From positions 197,110 through 261,109 of the forward strand of contig JAERTI010000043.1 in NCBI GenBank assembly GCA_016844925.1: a DNA stretch of 64,000 bases, read 5' to 3'. Under the pieces are notes generated by a model. It made no database searches, was not told the DNA's origin, and saw nothing but the letters and a program-made list of their open reading frames with translations. Position numbers and translations under genes: made by a program. Below, piece after piece: positions 37,585-47,356 of this stretch. This stretch comes from Candidatus Uhrbacteria bacterium. Lineage in GTDB: Bacteria; Patescibacteriota; Patescibacteriia; UBA9934; GWF2-40-263. The stretch's first letter is position 1. Each line of letters starts with the position of its first letter.

Positions 37585-39210
37585 GTGAGTTCTTTCAAGT
37601 TTGAGCGTCCCTGGACCGCCAGGTACGGAAAGGAGCTGTTGGCTAAGGCCGCTGCTGGTGATTCTGTTACTAGGGCGGTTCAGTCCACGCTCTGGATGCG
37701 GTACCTGCCTCAATGGGATGGTTACGAACAGTGGCTTCAGGGTAAGGACGAGAAGTTGGTTCTGAGAATTCGGGCACGTGCCGAGAAGTCGGGGACGTTC
37801 AATCCGGCCTCCGTAGAGAATATTGAGGAGCTTGCAGAAGATCCCGAGATTGTCTACCAAAGTCTCTTGAGCCTTCTGTGTTACAACATGCGAAACTTCT
37901 CTAGTGAGACACCAGAACTGGTTGCTGCTGCGATGCTACGCGTAGCTCAGGGAGAGAAAGGGAAGCGGTTGCTCATGGATGCGGCCGTGGAGACCACAGA
38001 AGCGTTCGTGGATCTGGTTGGTGGTGGACTTGCCATGATGGTATCCATCGTTGCGAGTGTGGAGGACCGCGGCATTCTGTTCACGCGCAAGTTCCAGTAC
38101 CGCCGCCTCTTGGCTCCGCTCCTCGCGGTTGCGCGACAGATTCCTGTTCCAGAGGGAGTGGACCCTGACTCGAGCAAGTGGGTCATCGCTCAGGTGCAGT
38201 CGATGGTCGATGTGGCCTACGACGCCATGGCGGTGGTGGGTGCCTCGGACCATCGAGTCCGTTCCTATCATGCCTTTGTGGCTGCGCAGCCTCACGTCGT
38301 CGGCTTGTGTACTAAGCAGGTTGTCGATCGGCTGGGTGTGCAGGCAAGTGATTTCGATAGGCACGGTCCGGCAGCCGTTGGACTGACGGCAGCCATGGTG
38401 CAGTTCCGTTGCTGGGCAGATCATGGGTTGAATGACGCATTGGTTCTCAAGACGATGGATCGGGTGAACATCACCAAGACGATCGATCTATACGATGGGC
38501 TCAAGGAGGGCTTCATCACGAGCAAGAGCATGAGGTTTGTGGCTTCCCACCCCGAACTTCTTGATGCTCGAGAGATGGACAAGGTGATTTGTCAGCTCAG
38601 TCATTGGGAAGCGAGCGGCTGTCCGGACTGGGATCAGTTCCTGGCACTGGGAGCCACACGTGAAGCATGGCAGGCTGAACAATTGCGACTTTTGGAGGAA
38701 GAAACTCGACGCGAGGAGGAACGGGAAGTTCGTCTGGCCGCCGAGCGTGAAGAGCGGCTGCGCCGAGCAGAGGCGGCTAAGAAAGCACGTCTCGCACAAG
38801 CACGAGAAGAGCTGGAGCGTCGTCATCGCAAGACGGGTGAAAAGCTGGAGCAGGAGATCGATTGGCAGCAGGTTGTGATGAACGTCATCGGGGTACTGCG
38901 CGAGCATGACCTGGGTGGAATTGATCAAAACCTTGCTGCAGCGATCCTTGTTGCGCTCATGCGCTCGGGTGACCGCCTGATGCCGCAGAGCAAGTGGCCC
39001 AAGCTCAAGGGGAACAGGTTGCGTCGTGAGGCGCGGCGGTTCCAAAGTGACGCACAGAGTCGTGACGTCGATTCGGTGGTACGTACGCTCATCGAGCTGC
39101 GACTGCTCAAGCAGCAGGGGGGAAAGTACTTCATCAACACGATCACGCCGCGCTACGCAGGCGCAGCAAAGGTCCGTTCAGCACTGATCAACATGGTGCC
39201 GAAACGCTGA
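37585..39210 (+). CDS. Paralog family member 1 (variable N-domain, coiled coil, wHTH-like C-terminus)
   Basis: W..SGCP....FL.LG.T...W, E/R coiled coil, LMRSGDRLMP, LLKQQGGKY; AGGAGG before GTG; TTGACC-17-TAGGTT. Confidence 0.75.
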   Translation: MSSFKFERPWTARYGKELLAKAAAGDSVTRAVQSTLWMRYLPQWDGYEQWLQGKDEKLVLRIRARAEKSGTFNPASVENIEELAEDPEIVYQSLLSLLCYNMRNFSSETPELVAAAMLRVAQGEKGKRLLMDAAVETTEAFVDLVGGGLAMMVSIVASVEDRGILFTRKFQYRRLLAPLLAVARQIPVPEGVDPDSSKWVIAQVQSMVDVAYDAMAVVGASDHRVRSYHAFVAAQPHVVGLCTKQVVDRLGVQASDFDRHGPAAVGLTAAMVQFRCWADHGLNDALVLKTMDRVNITKTIDLYDGLKEGFITSKSMRFVASHPELLDAREMDKVICQLSHWEASGCPDWDQFLALGATREAWQAEQLRLLEEETRREEEREVRLAAEREERLRRAEAAKKARLAQAREELERRHRKTGEKLEQEIDWQQVVMNVIGVLREHDLGGIDQNLAAAILVALMRSGDRLMPQSKWPKLKGNRLRREARRFQSDAQSRDVDSVVRTLIELRLLKQQGGKYFINTITPRYAGAAKVRSALINMVPKR

Positions 39211-39349
39211 GGCTCTGGAGAGCCTACTGTCCCGACCATGACGTCGGGATTTTTTAATTGTGGATGATGACTTGCTGCTTACAGAACTTTCTGCTAGCTT
39301 AGATTTTGTGTCCAAAGGGGCCATTCACCACTGAGGAGAGAAAAGTTCG

Positions 39350-39940
39350 ATGGAGAATGTGAGTGAGGAGTTGAAGCAGATCTGGGACCGTCTCAACAGC
39401 AATGCCAGGAAGGTGTTGCTCATGGGACGTGCCACGCTCGAAGACGTGCAGGTGCTGTCCACGCGTTCCGACTGGTCGGTCAGGCGGATGGACGGGTGGG
39501 TCACGCGCTTCAGGAGCTACCGCCGCAACCAGATCACACGCCGCCGTCCGTGGATCGACCGAAACGTCGCATCGCTGGATGAGTTGATCGGTGAGGTGCG
39601 GCAGATCGCCAAGACCTGCCTGCGAGTCGCCAAGGCCTTCATGGAGAGCAAGCTCACGCTCGAGCAGGCTCGCTATGCCGCCGATGCGCTCATGGGTCCT
39701 CGGGCCCTGCGCTTCTTCTGCGAGCTCAACACGCCGGAGCAGATCCGTGCGCGTCGCAAGGCTCGCGCTGAGCGCTGGGTGAGCCACTTCCTGGAGATGG
39801 CGGACCAGCCCGAGGAGACCGTGCAGGTCCTCAGGAGAGAGGCTGGAAGCCTGATCTCGGCAGGGACACCGGTCAGTGGCATTCGCCAGTTCCTGCTTTC
39901 GCGCACGCCGCCGTCTGGTCTGGCTCCTGTCCGGGTCTAG
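39350..39940 (+). CDS. Hypothetical protein
   Basis: 196 aa, GAGGAG SD, GC3 bias. Confidence 0.65.
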   Translation: MENVSEELKQIWDRLNSNARKVLLMGRATLEDVQVLSTRSDWSVRRMDGWVTRFRSYRRNQITRRRPWIDRNVASLDELIGEVRQIAKTCLRVAKAFMESKLTLEQARYAADALMGPRALRFFCELNTPEQIRARRKARAERWVSHFLEMADQPEETVQVLRREAGSLISAGTPVSGIRQFLLSRTPPSGLAPVRV

Positions 39941-40022
39941 AAGGCAACATCTACGGGGTTCTACGGAACCCTCTTTTTCTTTTCTTGACGGATGTGATCG
40001 GTGCGCTATAGTGAATACTGTT

Positions 40023-40091
40023 ATGACACACACACGAAGTTTCTTTTTTAGCAGCTTCTTCTTCCGCCAGCGCGGGACGTGTTTGTCATAG
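40023..40091 (+). CDS. Putative Phe-rich leader peptide MTHTRSFFFSSFFFRQRGTCLS
   Basis: Six Phe codons in two triplets; TTGACG..TATAGT promoter upstream; terminator downstream. Confidence 0.75.
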   Translation: MTHTRSFFFSSFFFRQRGTCLS

Positions 40092-40110
40092 CAGAATCCT
40101 TCTGCTAAAA

Positions 40111-40145
40111 AAACAACCGTCCCGAAAGGGGCGGTTGTTTGTTTC
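40111..40145 (+). terminator. Attenuator terminator upstream of GNAT
   Basis: AAACAACCGTCCC-GAAA-GGGGCGGTTGTTT-GTTT. Confidence 0.78.
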
Positions 40146-40158
40146 CTAGGGAGAAAAC

Positions 40159-41079
40159 ATGGCAACCTTGTCGAGGGTTTCGGTCGATGATGCTTACACG
40201 GTCCGCGATGCGACCAACGCGGACGTTGATCAGATTAACCGCCTGTTCCTCGCGGAGTACGGCGAGGGGTACCCCTATCTGATGCACGTGCTCAACGCGC
40301 GGCATATCAACCTGGTGGCAGAGCTCGATGGTCGGATCGTTGGGTTCGCACGGGCAGCACCGTACGGTCAGTATGTGGACGTCTGGGAGCTCTGTTCGTT
40401 GGTTGTGTGCAAGAGGGCTCGGCGCCACGGCATTGCCAAGCGTTTCACGGGGGTACGGCTTGAGCGACTGAAGGAGCGAGGTGTTCGCCTGGTTGTCTCC
40501 GAGGGGGTGACCTGCTACGAGGACTGTGCGAGCCAGCGCAACCTCACGGCGTTCGGCTTCCGACCCTGCGGTCTGCTCCCGTTCCGTCATCCCTGGATCC
40601 GCCCCGCCATCCTTGGCATGCAGCCCCTGACGCTCACGGTGCAGGTGCTGGAGCTCTCGGGGAAGACGGGCTTCGGCCGCAGGCGACTGTTTCTCCCGGA
40701 GAGTTACACCATTGCGGCCGAGGAGCTCTTCAGTCAGCAGGAGGTTCGTCCTCCCTGGCACCAGAGCCCTGCTGATCGCTCTCCTCCATCCAAGCTCACG
40801 GCCGGAAAGATGATTCGTGGGATCCGTGGAGCGGACTACGTGGACATCCCGATCAACTGGGAGATCGCTACCGAGCGCATCCAGCAGTTGCGGCTCGCTG
40901 GTTACGGCATGGGAGCGATCCTTCCTGGCTTCGGCCGGGTGGGGAGCCAGACCTACGATGTGCTGCGCATGCATCGTCCGGACGAGGGGATGAACGACCC
41001 CGACTTCAATCTGATTCACGTGGTGGATGAGCTCGCCGCTCACAAGGCGTTCATCATGCATGAGTTTGGACGAATTTGA
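40159..41079 (+). CDS. GNAT acyltransferase with C-terminal extension, paralog of 42500..43495
   Basis: IVGFARA...WELCSLVV...RRHGIAK; YG..YPY, CASQ.NL. Confidence 0.82.
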   Translation: MATLSRVSVDDAYTVRDATNADVDQINRLFLAEYGEGYPYLMHVLNARHINLVAELDGRIVGFARAAPYGQYVDVWELCSLVVCKRARRHGIAKRFTGVRLERLKERGVRLVVSEGVTCYEDCASQRNLTAFGFRPCGLLPFRHPWIRPAILGMQPLTLTVQVLELSGKTGFGRRRLFLPESYTIAAEELFSQQEVRPPWHQSPADRSPPSKLTAGKMIRGIRGADYVDIPINWEIATERIQQLRLAGYGMGAILPGFGRVGSQTYDVLRMHRPDEGMNDPDFNLIHVVDELAAHKAFIMHEFGRI

Positions 41080-41160
41080 GGCCTAAACGAGGCCTCTTTT
41101 TTCTTTGTGTCCACAGGGTATTTGACAGCCCGTGGTCCCTCCGCTAGCCTGAATAACGTT

Positions 41161-41259
41161 ATGAATCACACGAGCTACATGATGCTACGCACGGTTTCTC
41201 GCGAGGACATCCTCGACATTATTGTCGTTGTCTTCCTCCTTGGCCTTGCGGTGGCATAG
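41161..41259 (+). CDS. Putative Ile/Val/Leu-rich leader peptide MNHTSYMMLRTVSREDILDIIVVVFLLGLAVA
   Basis: Branched-chain codon run; TTGACA..TAGCCT promoter; terminator downstream. Confidence 0.65.
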   Translation: MNHTSYMMLRTVSREDILDIIVVVFLLGLAVA

Positions 41260-41288
41260 TGTTCTCGTACCAACTTGAAACACAAAAC

Positions 41289-41318
41289 GCCACCGCCTTA
41301 GCGCGGTGGTTTCTGCTT
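41289..41318 (+). terminator. Attenuator terminator upstream of M20 hydrolase
   Basis: GCCACCGC-CTTAGC-GCGGTGGT-TTCTGCTT. Confidence 0.6.
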
Positions 41319-41324
41319 ATCTCT

Positions 41325-42434
41325 ATGAATGAAAATATTATTGAACTCACGTACGACCTGGTTCGCATGCACACAACCGCTGATCGTCCTGATGAACTTC
41401 AACGCGCCATTCAGTACGTCAACGATTATTTCAAACCCATTGATTCGCTTGTCATCAAACGGTATGAATCTCGACACAAACCTTCCATCGTCATCTCAAC
41501 GCAAGACACGCTCACCCCAGACATCCTCCTCGTCGGTCATCTCGACGTGGTACCAGCGACTGAAGAACTTTTCGAACCGCGCGTTGCAGGGACGCGCGTC
41601 TATGGGCGGGGAGTCTGTGACATGAAAAGTGAGTGTGCGGTCATGATGCGCATCATGCGCGAGATTGCCGCGCTGGAGGAAAAGCCAAACATTGCCCTCA
41701 TGCTCACAACCGATGAAGAGGTTGGTGGATTCGATGGAGTGAATTACTTGATTAATGAGATTGGCTACCGATGCAAGATCGCCTTGGTGCCAGATGGAGG
41801 AACAGCGCCAGACGACCTGGTGATCACCAACAAAGGCATTCTTACCTTGCGACTGAACGCCACAGGAAGACGTGCGCACGGGTCGCGACCGTGGCTTGGT
41901 GAAAACGCTATCGATTCCTTAATCGCTGCGTACGCGCGCATTCGTGAGTTGTTCCCAAACACACCAACAGCAGAGGATCACTGGTATCACACATGCAACA
42001 TTGGAACGATTCAGGGAGGAGAGACGTTTAACCAAGTCCCTGACTTCGCGACATGTGATCTAGATATTCGATTCACAGAGCAGACGAACGTAGACGATCT
42101 CTTTGCTGCCGTGAAGGAAAAAGCGGGACCAGACGTTGAGGTTATTAATCGCATCAGTGGCTCGCCGATCTTCACGGATCCAAATCATCCGTACGTGAAG
42201 ATGTATGAAGAGGCCGTTGAAAAAACACTTGAGCTCAAGACGGAACATAATCAACACTGTGGCTCTAACGATGGACGCTTTCTCTCAGAACTCGGAATTC
42301 CTCTGATTATTTCTCGGCCGGTTTCCGGGGATCAGCACAGCCCTCATGAGTGGCTCGAGATAGAAAGTTTGCCCAAGTTCCACAGAGTGTACTGGCAGTT
42401 CATTCAAGCATTACATGAATCGTTCAAGAACTAG
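41325..42434 (+). CDS. M20 metallohydrolase (ArgE/DapE-like N-acyl-amino-acid deacylase)
   Basis: GHLDVVP, GRG..DMK, DEE.GG, AHGS.PW.G.NAI, H...E. Confidence 0.92.
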   Translation: MNENIIELTYDLVRMHTTADRPDELQRAIQYVNDYFKPIDSLVIKRYESRHKPSIVISTQDTLTPDILLVGHLDVVPATEELFEPRVAGTRVYGRGVCDMKSECAVMMRIMREIAALEEKPNIALMLTTDEEVGGFDGVNYLINEIGYRCKIALVPDGGTAPDDLVITNKGILTLRLNATGRRAHGSRPWLGENAIDSLIAAYARIRELFPNTPTAEDHWYHTCNIGTIQGGETFNQVPDFATCDLDIRFTEQTNVDDLFAAVKEKAGPDVEVINRISGSPIFTDPNHPYVKMYEEAVEKTLELKTEHNQHCGSNDGRFLSELGIPLIISRPVSGDQHSPHEWLEIESLPKFHRVYWQFIQALHESFKN

Positions 42435-42499
42435 TTTCTTGTGCGACGCGGGTTCCTTAGGGGGCCTGCGTGGCGCAAGGAGCGTCAAGGAGGTTTTTC

Positions 42500-43495
42500 A
42501 TGCAGGCAGCAGCTTTGGTGGGGGAGACGGTGCTGAAGACGTTCAATCCTGAGTTCGCCGACGTGACGGCGCAGTACGAATTCCGTGAGGCGGGGAAGGG
42601 AGACATTCCTTCCATCTGTCGACTGCTCTTTGGCTGGTACGGCCCGAGCTACCCGTACCCGATCAAGGAGTTCCACCCGCAGGGGTACTACCCGGTGGCC
42701 ATTCATCGGGAGACGGGACAGCTCGTCGGGTTCGCTAAGGCGGTTCCCTACAAGGGCGGTGGCTGTGTCTACGAGCTCGGTGGGCTGATCGTCCATTCGG
42801 ATCACCGCAACCAGAAGGTCGCCAAGTACCTCACGCGGATGCGTATGGCCTGGGTCAAGCAGCAGAACGCTGCGGGGGTGTACTCCGAGCCGGTCTGCTA
42901 CCGAGGGGACTGCGCAAGCCAGACCAACCTGCTCAAGGTCGGTGGGGTGCTTACGGGCATCCAGCCGGGGAAGTACCCGGGGCTCATGCAGGGCGTTCTG
43001 GGGCGACAGCCTGAGACCGTGCTCATGTACGTGCGTTGGTTGCGTGGTCATACGCGCCTGGGACACCGGACGGTGTTCTTGCCGAGTTACTACGACGGGA
43101 TCCTGCACGCGTACTTGCCCAAGACCGTCTACGAACGTCCGTGGGACGAGACGTTCCCGGAGATTCCCATGCCCGCGCCGGTCTACCACGACGGTTTCAC
43201 CGTTCAGGCCGGGAGTGGCTCTGAGTTGGTCGACGTGCCGGCGAACTGGCCGGAGACCGAGGACATCATCCATGCGCTGCGTCAGCAGGGATTTCGTTTC
43301 TGCGGGGTTCTGCCCGGCTTTGGACGGCTCGCTGACGGTCGTGCATACGACTACCTGCGCATGTACCGACTCCAGGCGCGCTTCATCATCGAGGACGGTC
43401 CGTTCGACTTCGACAAGGTGCACCTGGTGCCGCAGCTCGGATCGCTCAAGCAGTTCTGCCAGAGCGAGCTTCTTGGAGAGTTTCCCATCGAGTAA
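42500..43495 (+). CDS. GNAT acyltransferase, paralog of 40159..41079
   Basis: LVGFAKA...YELGGLIVH..HRNQKVAK; YGPSYPY, CASQTNL, LPGFGR. Confidence 0.82.
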   Translation: MQAAALVGETVLKTFNPEFADVTAQYEFREAGKGDIPSICRLLFGWYGPSYPYPIKEFHPQGYYPVAIHRETGQLVGFAKAVPYKGGGCVYELGGLIVHSDHRNQKVAKYLTRMRMAWVKQQNAAGVYSEPVCYRGDCASQTNLLKVGGVLTGIQPGKYPGLMQGVLGRQPETVLMYVRWLRGHTRLGHRTVFLPSYYDGILHAYLPKTVYERPWDETFPEIPMPAPVYHDGFTVQAGSGSELVDVPANWPETEDIIHALRQQGFRFCGVLPGFGRLADGRAYDYLRMYRLQARFIIEDGPFDFDKVHLVPQLGSLKQFCQSELLGEFPIE

Positions 43496-43686
43496 TGTTT
43501 ACTTAAGTTCCGTAATGATCCACTTGTCAGCAAGAGGACGATTTCGAAACTTGATCTGAACAACTCAGGGGCTCAACGGAAGGGACACGCAATCCCTTCT
43601 TTTTTCTTTGTGGAAATTTTGTGGATGGGTAGTGGACCAGTATCCCTTGATTCGCTTGCGGATCTCTGGCAGCATGCTACAGTTTA

Positions 43687-43961
43687 ATGGCCTTACGGCT
43701 CGGATGGGTGCGTCCGAATTACAATCTAACCCCCGGCCTGGGAATGCGCGGCTTCTGGCAACGCAATAGGGCCAACCGGTTCAGGAACTGAAGCAGTTCC
43801 ATGACTATTCCAGAACGGACGACATGGTGGATTCGACAAGCTGCCATCATCGCTGTGAAGAATAGATGACGTAAGAACCTGAAATAGCTACTGGGTGCTC
43901 GTCAGGACCGACCCGTGAACCAACATCAAACAGGACCACCCACCCACCCGTTAGGCGCCAT
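43687..43961 (+). ncRNA. Unidentified ~275-nt structured RNA
   Basis: 5' ATGGCCTTACGG..GGATGGGTGCGTCC pairs with 3' GGACCACCCACC..CCGTTAGGCGCCAT; GGTTCA/TGAACC inner stem; own promoter and terminator; no long ORF. Confidence 0.6.
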
Positions 43962-43992
43962 CAAACCACCGAGACTTCTCTCGGTGGTTTGA
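43961..43992 (+). terminator. Hairpin terminator after the ncRNA
   Basis: TCAAACCACCGAGA-CTTC-TCTCGGTGGTTTGA. Confidence 0.7.
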
Positions 43993-44086
43993 CGTTTGGC
44001 CCAAAAATCACTAATCTCTCCCTCTGCTCTTTGCAGAGCGCAGAGACAATCTGTGCTTAACATCTATTGCCCCAGAAGGAGGCGAC

Positions 44087-45664
44087 ATGCGAAATCGATG
44101 GTTCCGCGGCCTTCACATCTTGGCCGTCGTGTGTGTTCTGCAGTACATCGCTATTCGGGTCTACACCTGGAACGAATTGGGTACTGAGATCACGCCCCTG
44201 GAGTACTTCTTGTGGGTCCTGATCGTGCATTTGCTGGTGTTCGAGCCGATCTACATTCGGCTGCGTCGCTCGCGCGAGGAAATCCGCGCCTCCCTGGAAT
44301 ACCAGGTGGAGAAGCGGGTCTCGTCGCTTCGATTCGTCGACAAGAAGGTGGCGTCGATGGTGCAAGAGTTGCTCCTGCGTCGCTGTAGAGAACAAGGCTT
44401 GCTTCCTGATGCGGGTTGGAGCGAGACGGTCGACTTGGTCGTGCGCCAGCTCTCCAGACGTTGGGGGAAGGTGCCGCAACCAGGGCTCATCTTGCACGCT
44501 GTCACAGCGCAGGTGGGGTTCTTGTTCGATGCCGAGCAGACAGAGCGGTTCGATGCCGGATTGTCTCAAGCCATGGAGCGCTACGCTCCGGCTTCACCTC
44601 AGGGGATGGACCGGCTCCAGTATCGAGCCGATCTCGCGCGTGAGTATGTGGTTGGAGTTGCCATGAGGCTGCACGAGCTGAACGAGTTCCTAGAGCTCGA
44701 CCAGACGGCATTGCTGCAGGCGTCGCCCGACGACTTCGCTCTGGCGATCGAACTCTACTGCCTCGACGACACGGTCACGGACCTGTTTTGGTGCTGGGAG
44801 ATCGAAGGGACGAATCAGTGTGCTGGTGTCGACGACTTCTTCCGGGTCATGCATCACTGCCAGCACCTGGGGATCGATTCCAAGGATCTGCGACGCTACA
44901 TCGGTCACAACGGTGGGTACAGCTTCGTGTTTCTGGACGAATTGCTCCGGTGTGGGGTGGTTGATGCACAAGTGCTCCACGAGATCACTCAGCGTCCCGA
45001 TACGTTCAAGGGAGTACGGAAGCAGGATCTGCAGGCGCTCATTGATCGTTGGCGTCGCTACGATTGCCCGGGGACGCTGAAGAGCTTTCGGCGTTTTCCT
45101 ACCGACGAAGCGTACGAAGCTCATCTGCGTGAGCAGGAGGCTGAACGTGTGCGTCGTGAGCAGGAGACTGCTGAGCGTCGGGCCGAGGAAGAACAGAAGC
45201 GAGCGGCTTTGGAAGCAGCAAATGCCCCCAAGGGCATCAAGCGCGGACAGGCGCGGGCCCCGAAGCCCGAACCGGTCACGCATGACCTGAGCACGCTCGA
45301 GCAAGCACTCGAGGTGCCGGCGGCCTTCGGTGAAAAGCGTGAGCTCATGCGAACGATCATCGTCCGCGGTCTGATGCGTGTTGGTGATCGCGTGCCTCCA
45401 TGGCACCAGCGACCAGCCCGCAATCGCAACAAGCTCTGGCAGCAGATTCGTCGCTGTGTCCCCACGGTCGACAAGCCCAGGCGCGCCGTCGACGCTGCTG
45501 TGCGTGAGTTGCTTGCGCACAAGGTCCTGACAAGGGACGGGGAGAACTTCCGCTTGGCCGATCCCACGGAGCGGCAGAAGCGCGACCATCCCAATGGACA
45601 CCAGCTCCTGGTGAACGCTAAGGCACTGGTAAAAAGCGCTCAGTTCAAGAGCAAGGCAAGCTGA
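44087..45664 (+). CDS. Paralog family member 2, with two N-terminal TM helices
   Basis: W..YDCPGTL..F, coiled coil, IIVRGLMRVGDRVP, KLW, VLTRDG..F.L..P. Confidence 0.8.
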   Translation: MRNRWFRGLHILAVVCVLQYIAIRVYTWNELGTEITPLEYFLWVLIVHLLVFEPIYIRLRRSREEIRASLEYQVEKRVSSLRFVDKKVASMVQELLLRRCREQGLLPDAGWSETVDLVVRQLSRRWGKVPQPGLILHAVTAQVGFLFDAEQTERFDAGLSQAMERYAPASPQGMDRLQYRADLAREYVVGVAMRLHELNEFLELDQTALLQASPDDFALAIELYCLDDTVTDLFWCWEIEGTNQCAGVDDFFRVMHHCQHLGIDSKDLRRYIGHNGGYSFVFLDELLRCGVVDAQVLHEITQRPDTFKGVRKQDLQALIDRWRRYDCPGTLKSFRRFPTDEAYEAHLREQEAERVRREQETAERRAEEEQKRAALEAANAPKGIKRGQARAPKPEPVTHDLSTLEQALEVPAAFGEKRELMRTIIVRGLMRVGDRVPPWHQRPARNRNKLWQQIRRCVPTVDKPRRAVDAAVRELLAHKVLTRDGENFRLADPTERQKRDHPNGHQLLVNAKALVKSAQFKSKAS

Positions 45665-45774
45665 TCGAATGTACTCGATCCGAGGTCCACGCAGGACCTC
45701 TTTTTATTTATTTCTTGACCTGAAGCGGATTTATCGCTAATTTCATTGTCTCCGGTTGGAGTAAAGGAGGTCAC

Positions 45775-47274
45775 TTGGCCGGAAAAAAGAAGTACATTCA
45801 CGGGCTGTACATCTCTTCGGAGGGCCCAGGTCATTACACCAAGCAGCTCAAGACAAGCTTAGCTGGCGGACTCGAGATTGGGGTTGTTGACCCCAGGCAG
45901 TCGAGAGTGTTGGCCACTGACAACGGGTTCCTCTGGGATGAGGAGTTGGTGCCGGGAACCGTCCGCGCCTTCCTCCGAGGACAGAACATCGACTCTGCTG
46001 GTATTCCACATCTCGTTTCTTTGCTCACAAGGGTGACGAAACAGATCGGCCCCATGAAGAAGCAAGGGTACATGGAGACGCTCAACCACATCCTCGCCGT
46101 CATCGACGGTTGGAGCGCAGGTGGTTTGGGAGCGCTCGAGTTCATGTATGCCCTGGAGCGTGCAGGGTTCCTCTACAATGAGTTGTCCGACTACGGGCAG
46201 ATCATCAAGCGCTTTTACGTGTTGGCGAAACGCCATGTGTGCCTGGACGAATGGCCACCTGAAGCGGAGGTCACGGAGACCTACGAGGGGAGGCGGGGAA
46301 TCTGGTTGGTGCACTTCCACCTGTTCCTGCTGGTCATCGAAAGAGCCATGAAGGACAAGGGGATGTGGGTTGAGGGACAAACCCCTTGTTCGCCCACGCG
46401 TTTGCTGGTCGCACTTCACGTTTCGCTCCTCTTGTTCGAAGATCAGCTCGCGGGTGAGGAGTTCAAGGGTATCAGCGTGGTGGAACGAGCCACGTTTCTG
46501 TTCTTGTCTCAGTGGCCAGAGGAAGAATTGCCGCACGTGGAAACCTGTGTCCGACGCTTCGGTGTACGCACGGCCATGAGAGCGGCTGAGCTCATTCCCT
46601 TGCAGAGACAATCAACGGCAGAGCTTACGCTCGTGTGTCGGAACATCTCTGTGTTGGGAGAGCTGGATCCCCAGCAGGCAAGCGCGCTCATGCGTGAGTG
46701 GGCCGCTGTAGGTCGTCCTGGAAAACTTGTCGATTTCCAGTCGGCGGGTGGAACGGCACAGGCGTGGCAGGAGAGGCTTGAAGAAGAGAAGAGACTGGCT
46801 GAGGCTCGGCGACCCCCGCCTGAAGCACAACCCGTTCGAAGGTTTGAGATGCCTGTAGAGCGCTCTCAGCCCATGTTCAAGAAAAAGAAGCGAAAGAACG
46901 TAGAGGACAACGCACAGCTGATTGACTTTGACGAGCTCGAGCGAAAGCTTGATGTCGTTGGGGTGATGCAGGTTCATGGGGAAGAGAAGATCCGAGCGCT
47001 GGTCGTTCGAGGATTCCTTCGTCATGGGGAGCGACTTCCTCCGTTTGCCGAGCTCCGACCTAGGGAGATCAGCAAGCTCTGGAAGCTCTGTCGAGGTCCT
47101 TTCGCCAGTAAGCGCGAGCTCACGGCGCTCGTGCGAGTACTGGAGTCTGCCGGCGTTCTCAAGCGCGAGGGCAAGCGGTACCGACTGCACACGCCCACAG
47201 CGCGGCAGCCGGACGCACGGCAGCAGATCGAAGCCATCAAGACGCTGATCACCAGCGCACACGCGAGGTCCTAA
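45775..47274 (+). CDS. Paralog family member 3
   Basis: W...GRPGKL..F...GGT...W, VVRGFLRHGERLP, KLW, VLKREGKRYRL..P.ARQPDA. Confidence 0.8.
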   Translation: MAGKKKYIHGLYISSEGPGHYTKQLKTSLAGGLEIGVVDPRQSRVLATDNGFLWDEELVPGTVRAFLRGQNIDSAGIPHLVSLLTRVTKQIGPMKKQGYMETLNHILAVIDGWSAGGLGALEFMYALERAGFLYNELSDYGQIIKRFYVLAKRHVCLDEWPPEAEVTETYEGRRGIWLVHFHLFLLVIERAMKDKGMWVEGQTPCSPTRLLVALHVSLLLFEDQLAGEEFKGISVVERATFLFLSQWPEEELPHVETCVRRFGVRTAMRAAELIPLQRQSTAELTLVCRNISVLGELDPQQASALMREWAAVGRPGKLVDFQSAGGTAQAWQERLEEEKRLAEARRPPPEAQPVRRFEMPVERSQPMFKKKKRKNVEDNAQLIDFDELERKLDVVGVMQVHGEEKIRALVVRGFLRHGERLPPFAELRPREISKLWKLCRGPFASKRELTALVRVLESAGVLKREGKRYRLHTPTARQPDARQQIEAIKTLITSAHARS

Positions 47275-47356
47275 CAAGGACCTCTTTTTGATTGACAAAA
47301 AAGCCTAAAATACGTAGGTTTTTTATCCGGCATGAAAACCGGTAAAGGAGTGATCG

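Noticed and set aside
43687-43961. Assignment of the ncRNA as RNase P, tmRNA or SRP RNA
   Set aside because: No GAGGAAAGTCC, no tRNA-like T-arm/CCA end despite a GGATTCGAC match, and CAGG..AGCAG spacing too short for SRP domain IV
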